Part shown: piece by piece, positions 1 to 18,230 of the stretch
How positions within the stretch are numbered: position 1 is the stretch's first letter
Layout of the letters: each line of letters opens with the position of its first letter
Source of the DNA: the human T2T-CHM13v2.0 reference genome, Homo sapiens
Assembly (NCBI RefSeq): GCF_009914755.1
Contig: NC_060936.1
DNA: 64,000 nucleotides
Reading direction: 5' to 3' (one strand)
Made by a program: the position numbers and the translations under genes
Notes under the pieces: generated by a model
Told to the model about the DNA's origin: nothing
The model's input: only the letters and a program-made list of their open reading frames with translations
Databases searched by the model: none

Positions 1-124
1 GAGGTGGAGGTTGCAGTGAGCTGAGATCGCACCACTGCACTCCAGCCTGGGTGACAGAGTGAGACTCCATCTCAAAAAAAAAAAAATTAACGTAAAAAAA
101 CCTCCATGATGAACAAAATATTTA

Positions 125-347
125 CAGTGCTGTGCTGACCCATATCAGAGCCTGAGGAAGAGAAAAAGATCAGTAATGCTAATCCTATCTTTATTTAAAA
201 TTTTAACACTTTGCTGATCATGGATACTTTAATTTTGACTTTAAAAAAACTATACTACAATATTATTTCTCTTACTGACTGAGTTTTTTGGAGCCCCATT
301 AAATTGTGTACCCAAGATCTCACTTACCTCACCCTGATCCTACCTCT
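125..347. mobile_element. hAT-type DNA transposon relic (MER96B-like)
   Basis: Resembles remembered consensus 'atcagtaatactgatcctgtctttatttaaaattttga...ctcaccct'. Confidence 0.6.
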
Positions 348-386
348 GAGGGAACATTTCCAGATTTCATGATTGGGGTAACCATG

Positions 387-1225
<839 letters not shown>

Positions 1226-1964
1226 ATTTTTTTTAAAGAAAAGAATTTTAAAAAGAAAAAATGAATTAAAAAAGGAAAAAAAGAGGAATTAAAAAAAAAA
1301 AAAAGAAATTAGTGGGGAAGCAGAATTTGCTCCACAAAAGAGCCACCAGAATGGCAAAAGGGCTGGAAAATGGGACTTCGGAGAAAAAAGGGACGGAACT
1401 GTTTCTTTCCCAGGAGTCAGTTTACAAGGGGGACGCATGAGCTGTCCTCAAGCATATGATGAAATAATTACCAGCAATGTTCTAGCTGCACAGGACAGAA
1501 CAAAATAAATACACTGCACTTGAACCAGGGGAAGGCTGGCTAGACAAAAAGGAAAAAATGACTTGAATACAAGCCCACATTCAAGCCTGTTGCAGGCGGC
1601 GCAAAGCCACCCCTGGTAGCCTCTCCAGCTGGAACGCGGCAGGCCTGTGGCAGGGGCTGCCCCCACGGCCTTCAGCGCCCTGACAGCTGGGAGAAGGGGG
1701 AACATTTCTTTTCACATCATACAAAGATGCACATAACCAGCCCCCACTGACAAACAATGGAGCCTCTTGTGCCATCTCACCAACACTCTCTGAATTGTTT
1801 TCAAAATCTGCAACCCAGGAGTAGCTGCCAAATTTCTCTTTAATGCAAGATGTTAAAAATAGGGGATACTGGGGAGGGGAGGAGATTTTAATGCAGATTT
1901 TTTTCTGTGAGCCTAAAATTGCTCCACAAAAAGTCTACAGATTAAAAACAAATCCAGAACCCAC

Positions 1965-2172
1965 CTTTAATTGACTTATCATTGAAATAATCTTCTAACC
2001 CTGGGCTCCCTTGAGTATCAAAGAGACTCTGATTTACTACAGACACGGTTAGAATCTCTTCTGTTGACATTTCCATCAATTCATCTTCACCATCCAAACT
2101 TGACAAACCAATCAAGTCATTATTGTTAAATAAACTTGCTCGAATTTTCTCAATTTTGGCTCGGGATCTTAT
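1965..2172 (-). CDS. HECTD4: HECTD4 coding exon (IRSRAKIEK...FNDKSIK)
   Basis: ttcacacag acceptor, AAG|GTGGGT donor; 208 nt, phase 0->1; open frame missing from the ORF track. Confidence 0.9.
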
Positions 2173-3089
2173 CTGTGTGAACAGAGAACAGGGTCAGGAT
2201 TTGAGTAGCTTGACCAGTCATTCAGTGTGAGTGAACTTCTCCCTCCCACCTTTTCCTGGAAACCCTCTATTCATCTGCAGAGATGTGAAAGCTGCCCTAC
2301 TCTGGTGAGCTGGACCTCCTGGGAAACTTTCTCCCACAGGCCAACAACAGTGACTTTTAGCAAATGACTCAACCTGAAATCTCTGTCACTAAACCCCAGC
2401 CAGGTCTGTGGCTTTACTCTGATTCCCAGGGAGGAAAAATTCATGCCTAACTCTGAGGAAGTCCCCATGAAGGAGGATGATGGATTCAAAGAAGTGATTC
2501 TAGGAAAGAAACCAGCTGCTTGATCCTTCAACCCTCCTTGCAGAGCCTGCTGGGAGAGTAATGCATGTCAGTTCCCTACCTTACTGTTATGCAAAAGCAC
2601 AGAAAGGCTCTGATGCAGGATTTCTAAACGGCGAGGCCTAAGGAATACATGGGATCCTGAAGTGGAACTATGACTCACTAGCATGCAGGTCATCTGAAAC
2701 TCAGAATCACCTGGGACAGAATGGCAGGAGTCTATTCTCATGCTGCTCAGTGACCATCCCTCCTGCCAATGGCAACACCAAAAAGAACAAAAAGAACCCA
2801 AGGCCATTCAAGATGCGATGGGGCTGAGTCAGAATGCACTGATGGCGCCCACCCACCGCGGAAGGCCAGGCCCTGAGCCCTCTGGCTCCCCTTTACTTCG
2901 TGATATGGGACTTGGTGTCACTCAGAGACGTTACCCCAAGCAGCCTCACTGTGCTCATTCCAAGGGCTGCCCCAGGGAGCCCCCAACCGCTCCACCATTA
3001 CCTACTAGGAAATAACTTTGGAAGATTTAAAGAGGCTTGGGGGATTGAAATGGGTCATGATTTAGTGGTTGCAGAGGCTTGAAAGCTGT

Positions 3090-4400
3090 TACCTCCACGA
3101 CTGCGAAGCCTTTGATGGGGCGGGCGGCGAGGGGCTGGTTGTCCAGGGAAGTGACTGTGTACATGGAGCCCATGTCCGACACCGAGGCCGTCTCTGCATT
3201 GTCCAGGGGCTCCCCCAGGCTGCCCAGGCTGCCCAGGCTGCCGGTGCTGCACAGGGAAATGTCCAGGCTTTCCTGGCTGGACACCGCGTGGGGCTCCAAC
3301 AGGCCCGGAGGGATGGGCAGCTCGAGGCCGGCAGGCAGCGGATCCACAGAGAGGTCGCTGACGGTTTGGGAGATGCCCTGCGAGCTGCAGATGGAGGCCT
3401 GGCTGGTGGAGGCGGAGGCGCTGATGCTCATGGCGGGGGTCAGGCTGCTGGACGTGCTGACCTCCATGCTGTCTGTGCCGGGGAAGGCCAGTGTCTTCTC
3501 GGGCTCAACTTTCCCGTCCCCGCCCTCGGCCTTGTCTTTTGGCTTCTTGGTGTCTTCTTCCTGCAGCGGGATGTAGATCTCGTCTTTGAAGACCCCGCCG
3601 TGGGCGTTGCAGGCCTTGCGGATGGCGCCTCTGACTACGCCCTCGTCCAGGTGGGTGGGGATCCCGGAGATCACCAGCAAGCGGCTGTGGGCGGTGGGGC
3701 CCACCAGGGCCTGGCAGGCATCGGCGATGGCGTCACTCGTCACGCCCAGCCCCTGTGGGTCCTTCCTGGTGAGGTGGCGGAGGATGATGAGCAGGGTGAG
3801 TGCGCGGTGGAACCACAGCATGTCCTCGGGCTTGCTGCCTCCGATGCTGAGCACGGTGGGGTCCGAGTCCACGGTGCGGGAAGACTGGCGCTTGCCCGAC
3901 GAGGAGGCCTTTTCCCGCTTCATCTTGACTTTTTTCCTCTTGGAGAGGAGGCTGGGACTCTGTGGGGTCTGTCCTGGGGAGGACGAGGAGGAGGAGGACG
4001 AGTCACTGAGATTTGGGGCGGTCGCTGAGGTCACCCCACTGGCTGTGACACTCATGTTAGTAGGCAGGGTCACTTCGGCCACAGCCAGGCACCCTTCCAT
4101 GAGTGCATGAAAATACGTAGAGAACCTGCCCTGGTCACCGGCCGCCGCCCCCCCGGAGCCCCCGCAGGCGCCGCCTGAGACCCAGTTCTGCGTCTCCTCG
4201 TCGTACAGCTTGTGGAGCTCCGACTGCAAGGCCATCAGCATGGCCAGGCAGGGGTTCAGCTGGAGGGCGATTGAGGAGGACAGGCCAGCGGGGTGCCGCC
4301 TCTGCTCCAGGGTGTGCACCGTGCGCAGGAGCTCTGCCAGGAGATGGAAAACAAGCTCCTTCACGCAGGCTGCCATGTCCGTGGTCCACAAGAAGTTTCC
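3090..4400. other. Exonic CpG-rich, GC-rich segment (intragenic CpG-island-like)
   Basis: Visibly dense CG dinucleotides over 1.3 kb against CpG-poor flanks; not computed. Confidence 0.7.
3093..4399 (-). CDS. HECTD4: HECTD4 large coding exon (GNFLWTTDM...KGFAVVE)
   Basis: gcctcag acceptor, GAG|GTAACA donor; 1307 nt, phase 1->0; coincides with the 454-aa ORF. Confidence 0.95.
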
Positions 4401-4469
4401 TGAGGCAAATGAAAATAGTAACAGTAATTACTATGCAGCACTGGCTATGTTCCAGGCGCAGTTCTGAGC

Positions 4470-4645
4470 CTGGAATCAACCCTCATAACAACCCTGTGAA
4501 CACTGACTGCGCAATTCAGTCCCTTCTTACAGATGGAGAAACAGAGGTTGGGAGGTGGAGGCCTGGCTGGAAGGCACAACAGCTACCAGACAAGAGAGCT
4601 AAGATTCAGAGCTGACAGGTCAGCTCCAGAGGTGACGGCTTTGAC
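4470..4645. mobile_element. MIR fragment
   Basis: 'cctcataacaaccctgtga...ttacagatggagaaacagagg' MIR core. Confidence 0.65.
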
Positions 4646-4894
4646 CCTTGTGCCCAATGGCAGGGTGCCAGCAAAACACCATCATATTTTGTCTCAAAAG
4701 GTTATGCAGCATGTTGGTGATAAGTCCCTAGAATAATGTTTCCCAAAGTACTGGATGCTTACTATGGGGCACACAAGCCAATTTTACCAAACAGCACTGA
4801 AACACACACTGAAACACTGTTCCTTTTAAACTCCTCTTTTAGTCCTGATTTTTGCCAACAAGAAAGCCTTACTTTGAGGGTGGCATTATTTATT

Positions 4895-7256
<2,362 letters not shown>

Positions 7257-8176
7257 TCATATAATGGTGGCATGATAATGACTGAAGTTTGGGAAACACT
7301 GTCTAGAACCACAAGATGGACCACACGTTTGTGCCAAGGTCTCCTTCATACCAGAGGCATATCTTACATTCACATAGTCATGTACCCTGGATCTGAGTGG
7401 AAAGAGAGAAAGCTCATGTACGTGAGACACGATTAGGGATCATGAACATCTAAAGCCTGTGTCCCACTGAGCCAGCTGAGCCCTTACCCTGCAAAAGAGT
7501 GAACTGCAGTTTGCTACATCCAGATGGCTCTTGTACAGGATAAAAGATTACTGGCCGGGGGAATCCCAAGGGCCTGCTGAAGCTGACTTACTAAGTCCAG
7601 CACCTACCAAAGAGGGGATCAAGCTTCCTGCTCTCTCAGGACTGACACTGCTTGCGAATTCTGGTTGGAAACAAGTTTGTGACTGTCCTGGAACATGGGC
7701 TCTCATAGAACCTCCACAGAGGACAGGTGTCCTTGCTCCCCTCTCTGCTGGGGCACAGGGCTAGGCCCTCAGATGCCAGAACTATTCATGTCACCTCCGT
7801 TGTCCTTGCTCTACCATTTAGCATTCATGTAAGACGACCTTGGAGAGAATTCTTCACCAAAATTGCACATGACGGCCTATGCGCTGAAACTTATTCTCAG
7901 ACAGTGTTCTCTGCTTACGTCCCCCCTATCCACTCCCTGGGTGTTTTTTATTTTTTGCAGAGAAAGGGTCTGGCTATGTTGCTCCATATCCTGAACTCAA
8001 GTGATCCTCTTGCCTCAGCCTCTCAAAGTGCTGGATCATAGGTGTGAACCACACTGCGCTTGGCCCTCCTAGGGTGTATGAAAGCATTTGACTTGGTTGC
8101 CAACATTTAAAAATTGAGAAATTCACATCAACATTTGGATTCCTGGATTTTCTTGAAATAAGAAATTACGGTTCCA

Positions 8177-8567
<391 letters not shown>

Positions 8568-8627
8568 TCACCAAAGTCCCCCTGCCAACTTTCCTCTTTA
8601 TTTCCCTCATTTAGCTGATCTGTTTGA

Positions 8628-8897
<270 letters not shown>

Positions 8898-9692
8898 TGA
8901 TCAACCCGCCTTGGCCTCCCAAAGTGCTGGGATTACAGGCGTGAGCCACTGCGTCTGGCCCGAGTGTGCAATGTTTTCTTCCCTGCAACATTATGGAAAA
9001 ATTCAAAAATATAGAAAGCCTGAAGAAATTATACAGTAAACACCTGTGCACTTACCAGCTAGATTCCACCATAAACATGTTGCTGTATTTCCTCTACTAC
9101 ATATCTGTCTACTCCTCTATTCATCCACAAACCCATCTTAGTTTTTGATTATTTCAAAATAAGTTGTAGACATCAGTATGCTTCATCCCTAAACACTTAA
9201 GGAGGCATATCATTAAAGTTTAATATTTATTTAGAATTTGTTTAGGTAAATTTGCATATGGTAAAATGCACAACTTTTACATTTATCATTCCATGAGTTT
9301 TGCAACCTTTTTGACCCTTTGAGGAACTATGCAGTTATAACCTTTGATTTTGCAACATTGTTCATTTCCACACCACCCTTCACCCCTAAAGTTACAATAA
9401 TGGCATATACTTCTGTTTTAAAGTAAAGTGGATAAAGTTAATCTTATTTTCCTGGTTAGTTTCCAATCCTCAAAATAATGAAAATACCCAGCAAATCATG
9501 GATTTGGGAGTCTAGGTTGTACCTTAAGATCTATTCCCCAAGCCCACTTCAAATGACAGCAATCTGAAGGAGGCTGCAGCTGCCTGGGCTACCTGTGGCC
9601 ACTCCCTACACCACCTGGCAAGCTCCTTCCTCAGGCACCATGCCAGCTCCACCCCCACCCTAGATTCCGATCCCCAGGGAAGGCAGCCTCAC

Positions 9693-9872
9693 CTAGCAGC
9701 TCCACCACCTGCAGGAGGACGGATGTCGGAATGGTGTCAGGCTCATCTTCGGACTTCCCTTCACTGTCCTCTGATTTCCAGGACAGCAGCTGCTCTGCGA
9801 AGGCCATAGCCAGTGGGAACTCCAGGGGCAGGGAATGTAACACCAGGACTGCTCCAGGAGGTGGAGACACCC
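9693..9872 (-). CDS. HECTD4: HECTD4 coding exon (GVSPPPGAV...QVVELL)
   Basis: cttgcag acceptor, TAG|GTGAGG donor; 180 nt, phase 1->1. Confidence 0.92.
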   Translation of the reverse strand, partial: GCLHLLEQSWCYIPCPWSSHWLWPSQSSCCPGNQRTVKGSPKMSLTPFRHPSSCRWWSC

Positions 9873-11466
9873 CTGCAAGAAGCACCCAGGAAGAAAGCAG
9901 ATGATTGGCAGCACCTGACCCAAATAAGCCTCACAAAAGGTCCTGCCAGGTGTGCATGTAGAAACAGGGCTGGAGAGCCCACCCACTCATCTGCTCCAGC
10001 AGGAGGACACATAACTCCTGACACTCTGGACAGTGGGCTGCAGGGACACGAGGAGATGGAGGCCATCCCTCCAGGGAGTCCGCTTACTGGGGTGGATTTG
10101 GCAAATGGGACAAAGAACGGAGATGAGAACAGAGGACACACACTTGTCATTCAGTTAGATACCAACCAGAATGGGGAAAGTAAGTAACACTTTAAAAGAT
10201 GCCTCACTGGGATATTCCCAGCTTGGTAAAGAAATAATCAGTCCTTTGGTATGGCTGCAATCCCACTAAGACCATTATGCTTATTACAGTGGACCAGCAA
10301 GGGGTCCCCAAGACTTAAGACTACTGGCACCTTGGGTTTTGATTATCTTATCACCTTTTGTCACTGCCATGGCCTACGTGTGACCAAAGCTGTCTACAGT
10401 GAGAGGAAGAAGGTCCAAGGCTTGATCCCCCTCACATCCTGCACTGCCCCTGAAGCCCCTCTATAAACACCAGTCAGACAGAAGCCAGGGCATCAGAGGG
10501 CTTTGGACAAGTCAGAAGCAAACCATATTGGCTTGTATACTCTGGGGTGAATGTTTACATAGTGATAATTGTGGAATGACAGAGATCCTCTGTTTTAAAT
10601 GTAAAGTTTAAAAAACAGCTAGTATAGGAAAAATACTATGAAAAACAGACTCTAATAAAAAAGACCATAAAGTTGTTTAGCAATGACCAAATCACTGAAG
10701 AAATGTTCTTTCATTTCATTCCCTAAGATGCATTGTCTCAAGGACTGGGGTGTGGAGAAGCCCAGGCCTGTTATTTTGGCTAAAAGTTCACATGTTTTCT
10801 GTCTCTGGCAAACACGCGTCAGTCTTTTCCTGTCAAGCATGCCAAGGAGGAGCAGTGGAGGCCTGTGATGAGGATTTCCTTTCTTTTCTGTGCATACTCA
10901 GACACAGAGCCAGCAGGCCCTGGTGCATACAGAGGACAGGCAGTGACAGTTTCAGGGCATGTGGAGGCAGAGCCCTCATCTAACTCTAAAACGATGGAGG
11001 CTTCAAAAAAATGCCCAGGAGATGAGAGCAATCGAGCTTCCAGTTAGTTGAGGAGCAGACTCTCACAGTGGCCAGTGCCCTGGGGAGCCATGTTGAGAAT
11101 TTGGTTAATGAGAATTCAAGGAATGGCAACTGGGATTATCATAGCCTGAGCCAGCTGTAAGGATGTGATTGCTCTGGTTGTATCATTCTAAACAGACACA
11201 TCTCAGCACATACTTGTGAAAAGAAAGGAAATCTCCACTGTAGTCTGGACAGCATCTGTCAGGCCTTCCCTAGGTAGGAAAGATAAGTCTTTTAATTTAC
11301 TGCCTCTAAAAGAAGCAGCAGTTTCTTCCAGAAGTCCCCAGAAGTCCTATTCTTTATCAATAGGAACTGGAACATGCAAGGTACAAAATTCATTATAGCT
11401 TCAAAAAGAAGGCAAGAGGAGAATGACTCCAGCTGTTCTCATCATGACAAGCTGCTGGAGACTCAC

Positions 11467-11672
11467 CCAGTTTGATGTGGACCCTGTCTGTGGAGAGGAC
11501 CACAGAGGGGTACTGGTCAGCGGTGGGGGGAGGTGCAAGCCCAGTGTTGGCTGGGGACGCGTCCCGCGGGTAACAGGCGGCCTCGATGAGGTTCAGCTGG
11601 CCATTTCGCTTCACTTTGTGGCCGAGGCCATATACGAGCACCCGTGCCCACGGTGCCTTGTACAGAGAGGAG
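11467..11672 (-). CDS. HECTD4: HECTD4 coding exon (DSSLYKAPW...RVHIKL)
   Basis: cttctcag acceptor, TGG|GTGAGT donor; 206 nt, phase 2->1. Confidence 0.92.
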
Positions 11673-11967
11673 CTGAGAAGGAGGGATGGGTGGGTGTTAA
11701 TACAGGGTCTAGCCATGCACATGGGGACAGGCAGCTTTGCCTTCTCACCAGGGGACGTTAGATGAGAACTGGGCCCAAGTCATTTCCACCACACTTTGGA
11801 AGGTCATTCTTTATAGACTAATTCCCCAAACATAGAAATATGGAGAGAATTGTAAGTCATTTGCATTAAAGAATCAGTGATTTGAATTTTTTTCCTTGGC
11901 CAGTTTCACCAGAATTCATTTAGCTTTCCTCTCCCCATCACCATCTTCTTGAGAACAGGCAACTTAC

Positions 11968-12098
11968 TCTTTGCGGAATCCAGATTGACTTTCTTTACAA
12001 GACACAACAACAAAAGCTGCCCCGGGGAAATTCACGTCCATGTTGACTTTGGATTCGGAAATTGGGAACTCTTCGGAGGGGAACTGCTCTGGTGCTGT
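11968..12098 (-). CDS. HECTD4: HECTD4 coding exon (TAPEQFPSEE...QSGFRK)
   Basis: ctttgcag acceptor, AGA|GTAAGT donor; 131 nt, phase 0->2. Confidence 0.9.
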
Positions 12099-12375
12099 CT
12101 GCAAAGAGACACTGAATAAGGAAAGCCACGGGCTAAACACAGGGACAGCATTTCATCTTCTCATCTCACATGGCCCAGGAAATCAGCCAAACGACTAAAT
12201 AGCCCTCTGGAAGGAAGCAAGCTACAGATGAGATAAAGCAGAAAAGCTTCTAGGAAAAGGAAATCGAGAGGAATAGGGACTTGGAAGGGAAAGGGGAGTC
12301 ATTTTCAGCAAGCCAGTGAGACTCCCAGTTAAAAATGGTAACCACACTGCAGGAACATGAGCTTTAGACTTCTAC

Positions 12376-12581
12376 CTGCAGGAAAGAGCAGATCTGTTTC
12401 GTCAGCTCTAAAAGGCTCTCCTCGCCCTGGTGCAGGGTCCGGGTGATGGCCACGTTGAGCCACTCTCTCACTGTCTGGGAGTTGCCCTGGTAAAAGAGGT
12501 CCGTGGCGGAGCAGTTCTGGGAATGGATGCAATGCTGTAAAGACTGCGCCAGGAGGATCGAGCTGGAGCTGATGGTGCCGT
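12376..12581 (-). CDS. HECTD4: HECTD4 coding exon (DGTISSSS...QICSFLQ)
   Basis: gtccccag acceptor, CAG|GTAGAA donor; 206 nt, phase 1->0. Confidence 0.9.
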
Positions 12582-13791
12582 CTGGGGACGGAAAGGAAAC
12601 AGAAGTTGACAAGAATCAAAGCAGCCAGTAGCTGTGAGAGTCTAAGTAACAGAAAATGAATAACCCATCCAGAAACCCCAGATGGGAGGGTTATCCTGGA
12701 TATGATGTCCTGGATAACAGATGCCGGCAATCAGATCCTCTGCACCAGGATGGTGGAGGGGGACCCAGGAGATCAATGGGCTTCATACTTTTGCTTTCTT
12801 TTCAGCTGTGAAACTGTTGCCTAAAATAAAATCTACACAGAGGCCCAGGTCTACGAAATATATCAAATGGGGCTGCTTGGATCCAGGGGTTCCCAGAGCC
12901 TGACCTGTCTGACTACTCTGGCCCACCCCCGCAGGGTACCTTAGGGCACAGCCTGTAGAGAAACTTGTTAGATCATCAGGGCAAAGCTTCTGCCACCACA
13001 TTTGATGCTTTCCAGGTATATTTCAGGGCATCTAAGTTCTTGGGATGGGCTGTGGACCCCAGGCGCTCATATGGACCAGTAGCGATGTAGTGCACACATA
13101 CCCTGGCTGGGTGGGACCCCACAGTTGTGAGCTGGAGGGCAGCTACCCAGGATGCTGACTGAGCCTAGATTGCTATCTGCAAGTGAGCTTTGAGGGGTGT
13201 CCCCTGCCTGCCTCACTTCTTGTTCCCATCTTAGTTGCTGGGAGATCGAGGCGGCAGGCTGGAGGCTGAGATGCCAGGGGAAGACAGAAAGGGCCCCTGA
13301 GTCCTGGATAGTGCTGAGGGCAGACTCATCACCTGGCATTCACTGGGGATCAGACACAGCCCTCATGCCAAGGGCACACAGGCTGGCCTTTGGAACAGCC
13401 TCAGCAGAACTTATGATGAACCAAATAGGTCTGCTTTGGAGGACGCTGATGACAGGAACATCTCCTTTCTTTCTAATGTCAAATAGAATGTCTGTGGCAA
13501 CAATACAGTGACTTGGTTTCATAAGTAATACTTAATTTTCCTTGATCCACAATTACGTTGGGAAACTTGATGAATGCTTAACAGAGTAATGACTCAAGTG
13601 AGTAATCCATTACATTTTTCGAAGAGTGAGAAAGCCCTGCCAGGAGAATCCCAGTTCCTGCGTGCAATTTCTCACGTGAGCCTATGCGCACCATGAGGCA
13701 TTTCTCGCCCTCATGCAGGGAATGACTACACTGTGCACAGCGCCCGCCTGGTGCTAAGTTCCAGAGTGACAGCAGCAAAGCCAAGTTTTAC

Positions 13792-13973
13792 CTGGGAGAG
13801 GAGGTGCGAGGAGCTGATTGGACAGCAGTTGCAGGTGCTCCAGGGTAATGTCCCGGATGGCAGGGATGTGGAAGAGGCGAGTGAACAAGTGAGGCAACTT
13901 CGGGGCGAAGATATTGAGCAGGGCCATGCGGCAGTACAGCCTGGCCAGCGCAGCCTCGCAGCGCAGCAGCTCC
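13792..13973 (-). CDS. HECTD4: HECTD4 coding exon (ELLRCEAALAR...LLAPPLP)
   Basis: ccttgcag acceptor, CAG|GTAAAA donor; 182 nt, phase 2->1. Confidence 0.9.
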
Positions 13974-14189
13974 CTGCAAGGGAAAAGGTGGGTGAGATAC
14001 TCAAAGCCCTGATGCTCCGGCCCCCATACCGGGACCAGGCCGCAGGTTCTGAAGGAAAAGGATCCTGCCTCAGGCTTCTCTTCCAGCCTGATGTTCCAAA
14101 CCCTAAAGGAGTCACTTGAGTTTTAAACAAAAGTCACATTAAGTTATATTGTTACGTTTGATTTTTCCCAGCTCAAAAAAGCACTGTAG

Positions 14190-14693
14190 GGAAAAAAATA
14201 AAAATACATGTCCGCACAAAAATTTGTACATGTATGTTCATAGTAGCATTATTCCTAATAGCCAAATAGTGATAAGAACTCAAGTGTCCATTAACTCAAT
14301 GGTAAGTCTATACAATGGGGTATTTTTCAGCCATCAAACAGATCAAAGACTGACATACGCCACAATGGGAATAAACCTTGAAACATCATGTTCTCAGTGA
14401 AAGACACCAGATACAAAGGGCCACATATTGGATTCCATTTCTGTAAATTGTCCAGAGGAAAATGCATAGAAACAGAAAATAGATTGGTGGTTGTCAGGAG
14501 TTGGTGGGAAAGGAGGATGGGAAGTAACTGCTATGGATATGGGGTTTCTTTTGGGGTGATGAAAATGTTCTAAAATTGATTGTGGTAATGGTTGGACAAC
14601 TTTGTGAATATAATAAAAACCACTGACTTGTGTACTTTAAATGGGTGAATTGCATGGTATGTAAATTATATCTCAATACAGCTATTATAAAAA
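14190..14693 (+). mobile_element. Old L1 (L1MB-like) 3' end
   Basis: 'atgtccgcacaaaaatttgtacatgtatgttcatagtagc...gtatgtaaattatatctcaata' L1M 3'UTR. Confidence 0.85.
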
Positions 14694-14786
14694 TACCATC
14701 GTGGGCATTTTTTTATGTGATGAATTAGTAAAGTGATCGGCATTCAACTTGAATAATAGCTCATTAGTGCCTAAGCACGTCTTATG

Positions 14787-17042
<2,256 letters not shown>

Positions 17043-18230
17043 ACAAGAACAAATTTTAACAAACAAGCAAAATAACAGCAGTAAAAACATCAGGTCCTGG
17101 GAGAGCATTAAAATACTGTAGTTTCCTGACAAAGAGCGCATGGACAGTCACCTTAGATGGTGAGGGCAGAGCTTTTTGAAGAGGTGAGTATTCACTGAGA
17201 TCTGAATTACAGAACGAGACAGCCAGGGGGAGCTCTGGGCCATCCCTAAGGAAGCAACACACTAGCTGTGTGAGCACCACAGAGGAGGGGCTGCCAAGCT
17301 CAGAGGCTCCTGTGGGGTTCTGTGAAGCAGGTTAGGTTTGAATGTACTCCATGGGAAGGTCTGCATTAGAGGAGGGAGAGCTGATTTCTGTGTCTAAAAG
17401 ATCGCTCCAGCTGTTGTGGAGAGGAGAGTTGAGGCCTGGGCTGTCGTGGTGGAGGTAGGAATGGAGACGTGTGCAGATGGGGACATATTTTGGAACAGTC
17501 AATGGCACTTGCTGATAGCTCTCTTGAGGAAAAAGGATGGTTTGTGGTGCCCCTTCCAGATATGGGGAGGCCAGAGGCAGAGGAGATTTCAGGGAAAAAT
17601 TCAGATTCCACCTCACACGAGAAACTTTAGGGGCTTATGAGATTATTTGTGAGTTAAAGGTCAACAAAACCCTATCCTTGTCTACCTCAGAACTGCCCTT
17701 GGTTAAGGTGTTTTAAAGTCAGTTCTTCTGAAAACCTGACAAAGAATGTCGGCAACATCACAAGGCACTGCTTATGATACTAGTGACCCCTCACAGGCAA
17801 GCTGTGTCTAAATGGGGAGGACTGTGAAGAAGAACATTCTTGGTGGGAAGCCACAGCTTCAAGGCTTCTGGAGCATGGTGATGCTTGTAACTGGGCATGC
17901 CTCTTGCTGGAATCCCTGGAAGCCATGCCTGTGGAGTATTCACAAGAGATGTCAGCTTGGATTAGGACACGGGGCTGTTGAGCCGCCGGCCGCAGGAGCC
18001 CTGCTGTGGGACATTTCTCCTTCACACCTGAGTTGACACTTGGGTAGGTATGTAGGTGGGGTCAGTAGGTAGGGTCAGGGAATAGCCCCTGAACTTCTAT
18101 GTGGACGACTGTGAGGACCCCTGTTGAAGAAACATTTGTGATATTGCCCTGTGGTATGCCTACTTCCTGTCCTGTATCTCGCTAAGTAAAGCTAAGAAAG
18201 TCATATGTGACCTATTTTGGTCTTGTGAAT

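Noticed and set aside
1595-1625. Possible CTCF site (minus strand CTACCAGGGGTGGC)
   Set aside because: Only a partial match to the core motif; not supportable without ChIP data.
3027-4391. 454-aa ORF as a stand-alone gene
   Set aside because: It starts at TTG inside a spliced exon and its last ~21 residues are intron read-through past the donor at 3093.
3069-4615. Long plus-strand ORFs (319, 165, 174 aa) opposite the large exon
   Set aside because: Expected antisense shadows of a GC-rich, stop-poor coding exon; no independent protein-like features.
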